A DNA stretch of 22,943 bases from an uncultured Thermococci archaeon (GTDB lineage: Archaea; Methanobacteriota_B; Thermococci; Thermococcales; Thermococcaceae). The number at the start of each line of letters is the position of its first letter. Position 1 is the first letter of the stretch. The position numbers were made by a program, and so were the translations under genes. A model generated the notes under the pieces. The model was given only the letters and a program-made list of their open reading frames with translations, did not search any database and was not told the origin of the DNA. This document shows, one piece after another, positions 18,143 through 22,943 of the stretch. The DNA is taken from the NCBI GenBank assembly GCA_964487115.1, contig CAZAPD010000122.1, positions 1 to 22,943 on the forward strand, in the 5' to 3' direction.

Positions 18143-18259
18143 AATACCACCTTTGGAAGTACTGCATTATTGAGGATAAACCACTCAAATTTAAGGAGAA
18201 AGATATATAAGCTTTTTCAGTCTAAACCAGAAAGAAGTAACGCTTTGGAGGTGTTGAAA

Positions 18260-18433
18260 ATGAAGAGAAAGGCCCAAGGTGCAATTGAATATTTGTTTAT
18301 GATTGCTGCTGCGTTGGTTATAATCTTGATAGTGGTAAGACAGCTAAAAGGTAAGGGTAGTAGCGCAGAACAGACGGCAAGCACAGCTGAGAGTAAAATA
18401 AGTCAGGAGCTTAGTAGCTTGCTGAGTGGATGA
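18260..18433 (+). CDS. Class III signal peptide protein (short type IV pilin-like, DUF361 type), 57 aa
   Basis: GGAGGTG RBS, ATG at 18260. MKRKA|QGAIEYLFMIAAALVIILIVV has a basic leader, Q at +1, E at +5 and a hydrophobic helix. ATATATAA box near 18203. Confidence 0.88.
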   Translation: MKRKAQGAIEYLFMIAAALVIILIVVRQLKGKGSSAEQTASTAESKISQELSSLLSG

Positions 18434-18509
18434 AATCATAGCAATGTACTTTCTTATTTTTTGGTATTATTGATACTGTTTTTCACAAGTTTATACAAGA
18501 GGGGTTAAA

Positions 18510-18689
18510 ATGGTTAAACGAGCTCAGGCTTCCTTAGAGTACATGTTCATGATAGTTTTAGCATTGATTATCGGAGCAATAATAATTATCCAGCTAATAG
18601 GAGTTAAGGGCTATGCAAGAAAGGCAGGTGAAACTATTAGCAGTGTCGATAGTCAAATCAGTAGCGAGCTGAGCACACTTCAGGGATAA
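18510..18689 (+). CDS. Second short class III signal peptide pilin-like protein, 59 aa (not in the ORF track)
   Basis: Translated by hand: MVKRA|QASLEYMFMIVLALIIGAIIIIQLIGVKGYARKAGETISSVDSQISSELSTLQG*. GAGGGG RBS; paralogous to the upstream pilin. Confidence 0.88.
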   Translation: MVKRAQASLEYMFMIVLALIIGAIIIIQLIGVKGYARKAGETISSVDSQISSELSTLQG

Positions 18690-18712
18690 GTATAGGGATT
18701 TTGATATCTTTC

Positions 18713-20182
18713 TTAGCTCTTGAGGTTTTTGATGTCCTCTCTCACATATATTTGGATACCATCAGCTTCTACAATTTTAACATACCCAGCTTTTTTAAAA
18801 TATTTCAGCAACTGGGGTCTGACGCTTGTATGATATCTTTCCAGCTTTGAATCGAGCAGGATTATATCTATAGAGAGAGTTTTTGTGAGATAATTAGGAT
18901 TATGGAGGTTCTTGTAAATATCTATCCATATAAAATACGTACCGTTATTGTTAGCTAAATGGGGAAAAATATCATTTTGAGTTAGTATTCTGTATTTTGA
19001 CTTCTCCAGAGTCTTTGTAATATCATTTAGAACTTCATAGTGGGGAGTTACCTCCTCATAGCCCCAAAAGCTTATTGGGAGTGAAGAGTGAGTGGACAAT
19101 ATTGGAAGTGCAGGAGTTAGTAAGAGAGAGGTTACAAGCCCAATAGTTACCCCTACAGGAGTAATCTTAGATGCTATTTTAGGAGGAAGATTCTGAACAG
19201 CATAGAGAATTCCGATGAAGGAAAGCGGAATAACCATATATGGGTACTGGGTCCCTATAACAAACATCTCCCATCTACATGAAGCCAGCATTTCTATCCA
19301 TGGTATAAACGTAAGCAAAAGGAAGTATTTTGGCCTAAGAAATAGGAGCATCCCCATACTGAGATTTACACTCAGGAAAAATAGAGTCTTCTTGGGGATG
19401 TATGTAGGACAGAAGGTTTCGTAAAGCTTTGTATATTCATATCCTCTCTGGGCAAAATGAGGTATTATAAACTTAATGCTCAAAAAAATCCAAATAATCG
19501 CGATAGAAATTAGGAATAGGTAAAATTTCTGGTATTTATCCAGCATTCTATATGTGAAACTGGAAAAGAGGGAATTATCTTTCAGAAGGTAAAAAAGTCC
19601 AAGGCTTAGTACTGCCAGACCAGCATCCTCTTTGACGGATAGTATAAAAAGTGAGGAGAGAAAGGCCATTTTCAACTGTTTTTTCTCAATGTAATATGCT
19701 GTCAGAAATATGAAGGGTATCGCAAACGGAACAGCATGGAAATCATAGAGATTTATTCCATGAAGAGCAGGATTGAAGATATAGAGGAATGTAAAAAGTA
19801 CTGCCCATCTTTCAGTTTTCAGGAGAACTCTGGCCAGCATATATAAAGGGTATGCAGACAGTGCTATTACAAGAGTCTGAAGGAAGAGAAGGGTCTGGGG
19901 TTTGGGAACGAGATAATATGCTGGAAGCAGCAGAAAGAGTATGGGGGAGTTATGAACTCCAAAGTGGGTTTTTACCCCATCATGAAGCTGCCATTCGATA
20001 TTGTTATAAAATACTCCGTTTCCGTGGATTGTATTCCAAAAAGCCTGTGTAAAGATTCCCAGATCCGTGCCAAGGCTTCGGAAAGTGTGGTATAAATTGA
20101 GCTGGAGAGAATAGAAAATAGAGATATAGACGAATATAATGGTGAAAATTATGTAATCGCTCCGGATTCCACTCGATTTCAT
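18713..20182 (-). CDS. DUF2079-family polytopic membrane protein (probable GT-C glycosyltransferase)
   Basis: 'DLGIFTQAFWN', 'HFGVHNSPIL', 'YDFHAVPF', 'LSVKEDAG' and 'QYPY'; many TM segments; ATGA overlap with the upstream gene. Confidence 0.8.
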   Translation of the reverse strand: MKSSGIRSDYIIFTIIFVYISIFYSLQLNLYHTFRSLGTDLGIFTQAFWNTIHGNGVFYNNIEWQLHDGVKTHFGVHNSPILFLLLPAYYLVPKPQTLLFLQTLVIALSAYPLYMLARVLLKTERWAVLFTFLYIFNPALHGINLYDFHAVPFAIPFIFLTAYYIEKKQLKMAFLSSLFILSVKEDAGLAVLSLGLFYLLKDNSLFSSFTYRMLDKYQKFYLFLISIAIIWIFLSIKFIIPHFAQRGYEYTKLYETFCPTYIPKKTLFFLSVNLSMGMLLFLRPKYFLLLTFIPWIEMLASCRWEMFVIGTQYPYMVIPLSFIGILYAVQNLPPKIASKITPVGVTIGLVTSLLLTPALPILSTHSSLPISFWGYEEVTPHYEVLNDITKTLEKSKYRILTQNDIFPHLANNNGTYFIWIDIYKNLHNPNYLTKTLSIDIILLDSKLERYHTSVRPQLLKYFKKAGYVKIVEADGIQIYVREDIKNLKS

Positions 20183-22401
20183 TGATCATCACCATATTTC
20201 AGCACGATTTCATGACCTGTTATCAGAAGTTTCTCTTTATCTCTGCTTATGTTTCCTGAAGAAATAAGGAGTCTCATATCGTGGGTGTATAGATATACAA
20301 TAGACACGGTCTCTCCAGCTTTTAAAGGTTCTCCATTCTTTTTTATTGTGACCCCCGAAAATTCAAGCACTGCAGTGCTATTTTTGGGTATTTCAATTTC
20401 CACAATTTTCTTTCTGGTTTCTATATGTCCCTCTATTTTCCTCCCGTTTCGACTCCAGCTTCTCATTATGTACATGAAGTTTGCCTTTTTAAGCTCAAGT
20501 AGCGTCCTTGCATTAAAGCTTGTATTCCCATGCTCGAAATAGAGCTTTCCGATCTCTATCCCATTCACCCAGAAGTAGAGCTTTCCATAGTGGGTTGATA
20601 TACTAAGATTTTTGGTCGTTTTGCTGAGTGTAAAGAACTCAAGTACTTCTCCTGTAGAGTATGATTCTGAAAATCTCAGGATGCCATGCATCAGACTATA
20701 GTTCTGTATTGAACTGTAAGTAGCTTTCAGAGTTTTGTCCTTTTGCATTATTGCATACATCCATGTGCTAAGTATTGTACAAGTGATGTTTTCATTTTTC
20801 ATGCGTTCCAAAATGAATTCTGGATTTTCCCTCTTTAGATATGCCAGACCAAATGTATCCAGAAGATGTGGATCAATGGTGAGATGGAGATAATATGCGT
20901 TCATTGGATTAATAGACATGCACAGTCTTGGTTTGCTGCTATTCTCAAGATATATCTGTAGGTCATGCCTCATATCGTCTGTATGTTCTCCCCAAGCGAG
21001 TTTTAACCTGCCTGCAGGATAGTTTACTAACAAGCCATAATCTATTGCTGAAAATACTAGGAGACTTATTATACCTCCAACAATAATCTTCTTCCGAGGT
21101 AATTCTATGGAGAGGAGAGAATAAAGAGCAGTTAAATAAGCAACGAGAAACATTGGATAGATAAAACGCTCACTCGGTGGTATAGGGATCAAAAACAGAA
21201 ACATGAAAATATTTAACAGTAACAAACCGCTCAAATGCTTCTCTCCTCTCAGTTTGTATCCCTTACTGAGAGTCAATACTACCCACGTGAAAAGCAGTAA
21301 TAAAGGAGATAAATAAACCATAAACTCCGGAGATCCATTGCTGAGATTTTTAAAGATCTTATTCATTAAAGAAAAAAATCCAAGGAAGGGAAGATAGCGC
21401 CCTCCCTGTGAGATATAGGTTTGAGCAATGTAATTTCCGGAAATAAAAATCCCGAATGGTACCTCTACAATGGCTTTGGCAACTAAAATTACCAGCCCTA
21501 ACTTAATCTCCAACTTCCAATTCCTAAGCAGAATTTTAAGAGTTTCAATGAGTTTGCGCACGTAGCTAAGATCAAGTATGTATATCGTAAGCACTATCCA
21601 GAGTAGCAAGAAGAGAGCGGAGGTATATTTATGGCCTACTAAATCAACAGGATGAATACCCGGTACAATGACTAAGAGCCGAATTATATGCTTTGGATAT
21701 GCAATAACGATGGAGATAACAGCGAGCGTTGCTATTAGATATGTCAGCAGAACTATGAGGATCTGTTTTGAATTAAATATTGAATCTACCATCCCTTCAA
21801 AATATTGCCAACTTTTCTCATCGAGGGATAAAATTATTGTGAGATACAATGCAACCAAAAAGGGAATTATCGTAAATTTTGCTGTGCTACCTAAACCTGC
21901 GAGGAATAGAGAGAAATATGCATATCTGAGATTTTTGGTTTTAACATATTTGATAAAAAAGTAGAGGGCAAAAAGTGTGAATAACTCTACTATTGTTTCA
22001 TGAAGAACTCGTGAATTCATATATATCATGAGAGGGTCACAGACTAATAGGGAAGCAAATAGAGCTCCAAGCTTCCAGTCTCTAATTTCTCTTCCTGTGA
22101 AATAAGCCACGAGGATGGATATTAATCCAAGGAAAACTGAGAAGAGCCTTCCAATTATGTAAGTATCTCCTAAAATTCTAAGCCAGAGTGCTAAGAGATA
22201 GTAGTAAAGGGGAGGGTGAACAGCAAAGATATCTCTGTATGGCAGATATCCATTATTTATCAGATGGGCTATCATCAGATATGTACCCTCGTCATAGTCA
22301 AAATACTCTCCCATAATGCTAATTTTAAAGAGCCGTGTAATGATATATAAAATAAGGATTGCAGTGATAAAAAACATCTGTCCGTTGTTTTTTAACTTCA
22401 C
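20179..22401 (-). CDS. GT-C fold glycosyltransferase (ArnT/PMT-like, GT39/GT83) with C-terminal soluble extension
   Basis: Loop-1 motif 'DYDEGTY', plus 'PYRDIFAVHPPLYYYLL', 'GRLFS', 'AKFT' and 'ERFIYP'. The GTG start overlaps the upstream stop (GTGA). Confidence 0.82.
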   Translation of the reverse strand: MKLKNNGQMFFITAILILYIITRLFKISIMGEYFDYDEGTYLMIAHLINNGYLPYRDIFAVHPPLYYYLLALWLRILGDTYIIGRLFSVFLGLISILVAYFTGREIRDWKLGALFASLLVCDPLMIYMNSRVLHETIVELFTLFALYFFIKYVKTKNLRYAYFSLFLAGLGSTAKFTIIPFLVALYLTIILSLDEKSWQYFEGMVDSIFNSKQILIVLLTYLIATLAVISIVIAYPKHIIRLLVIVPGIHPVDLVGHKYTSALFLLLWIVLTIYILDLSYVRKLIETLKILLRNWKLEIKLGLVILVAKAIVEVPFGIFISGNYIAQTYISQGGRYLPFLGFFSLMNKIFKNLSNGSPEFMVYLSPLLLLFTWVVLTLSKGYKLRGEKHLSGLLLLNIFMFLFLIPIPPSERFIYPMFLVAYLTALYSLLSIELPRKKIIVGGIISLLVFSAIDYGLLVNYPAGRLKLAWGEHTDDMRHDLQIYLENSSKPRLCMSINPMNAYYLHLTIDPHLLDTFGLAYLKRENPEFILERMKNENITCTILSTWMYAIMQKDKTLKATYSSIQNYSLMHGILRFSESYSTGEVLEFFTLSKTTKNLSISTHYGKLYFWVNGIEIGKLYFEHGNTSFNARTLLELKKANFMYIMRSWSRNGRKIEGHIETRKKIVEIEIPKNSTAVLEFSGVTIKKNGEPLKAGETVSIVYLYTHDMRLLISSGNISRDKEKLLITGHEIVLKYGDDQ

Positions 22402-22943
22402 TTTTCTCCCTCCAGTTCCATTTTAACAAATGCATAATTTGATTCTCCTTTGAGCTCTATAATGTAAAGATCTCCTTTCTTTATTGGATATTTAACTTTC
22501 CAGTATCCCCCTTTTCTGATTTTGCCTACATGTTTCTGGTTGATTAATATATTTATGTTGATGCTTTCATCTCCTTTCGGATAAATTTCAATTCCAATTC
22601 CTCTGTAGTTTCTTGTGGGTACGAAAGCTATAACCGCATCTTTGGAACGTACTATAACAATATTCCACCCTTCAAATTTTATTCCATGTATTATCGCTGG
22701 ATGTCTTAACAGAAAGCCATAAGACAGGTATTTCCAGTCATGCATATCCGAAGCTCTTATTTCATCTTTATCTAATCTGTAGTACTCAAGCAGCGATTTG
22801 GGATAATATGAAGAGTGATCTGAGAGATTGAAGACCCAGATATTACTATTGAAATATACCACTCTATATCTCCCAAATAGATCCCAAGGGTTTACAGGAT
22901 TTATCTTAAAATCACCATAACCTCTGGAATCGACATAAAGAAT
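22398..22943 (-). CDS. C-terminal part of a protein of unknown function (start lies beyond the window)
   Basis: The frame stays open from 22943 (ILYVDSRGYGDFKINPVNPWDLFGRYRV...) into the listed ORF. Coupled to the glycosyltransferase gene. Confidence 0.7.
   Translation of the reverse strand: MLYVDSRGYGDFKINPVNPWDLFGRYRVVYFNSNIWVFNLSDHSSYYPKSLLEYYRLDKDEIRASDMHDWKYLSYGFLLRHPAIIHGIKFEGWNIVIVRSKDAVIAFVPTRNYRGIGIEIYPKGDESININILINQKHVGKIRKGGYWKVKYPIKKGDLYIIELKGESNYAFVKMELEGEK

Noticed and set aside
18122..18259. N-terminal extension of the first pilin ORF
   Set aside because: It spans the promoter region. The GGAGGTG RBS and class III leader define the start at 18260.
566..21964. Many short antisense or alternate-frame ORFs in the track (e.g. 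566-823, 842-1165, 3841-5017, 12394-13306, 19215-21964)
   Set aside because: They overlap well-supported genes and have no recognisable motifs.
1..22943. CRISPR array, IS element, integrase or tRNA-derived att duplication
   Set aside because: I saw no regularly spaced repeats, transposase or integrase ORF, or second copy of the tRNA 3' end. This was by eye only; a self-alignment would be decisive.

Overview
Archaeal chromosomal DNA, most likely Thermococcales, inferred from GGAGGTGA ribosome-binding sites, TTTA[T/A]A-type promoters and gene content. Most of the window is housekeeping. In order: a partial PIN/VapC gene, a hydrogenase maturation protease, sufC plus one sufB/D-family gene, intein-free LonB, a DUF2666-like protein, a JAMM protease, ArsR, a MazG-like protein, Lrp, DUF92, a THUMP-SPOUT methyltransferase, the rps15-GAN(RecJ/Cdc45)-pcc1-rps3ae cluster, initiator tRNA-Met, the two aconitase X (phosphomevalonate dehydratase) subunits, an M50 protease and an HTH protein. 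It ends with two tiny class III signal peptide pilins facing a GT-C-type glycosyltransferase operon. Several elements are missing from the ORF track. (1) A complete C/D-box sRNA at 9863-9921 lies antisense to the 3' end of the SPOUT gene. (2) A fully paired hairpin with tandem G.U wobbles sits in the rps15 leader and is a candidate autoregulatory element. (3) A multiply frameshifted free-standing LAGLIDADG endonuclease remnant at 13892-14587 runs into the 3' end of a tRNA-iMet gene that lacks an encoded CCA. (4) A second 59-aa pilin gene lies at 18510-18689. All family assignments come from reading motifs by eye; no searches were run.
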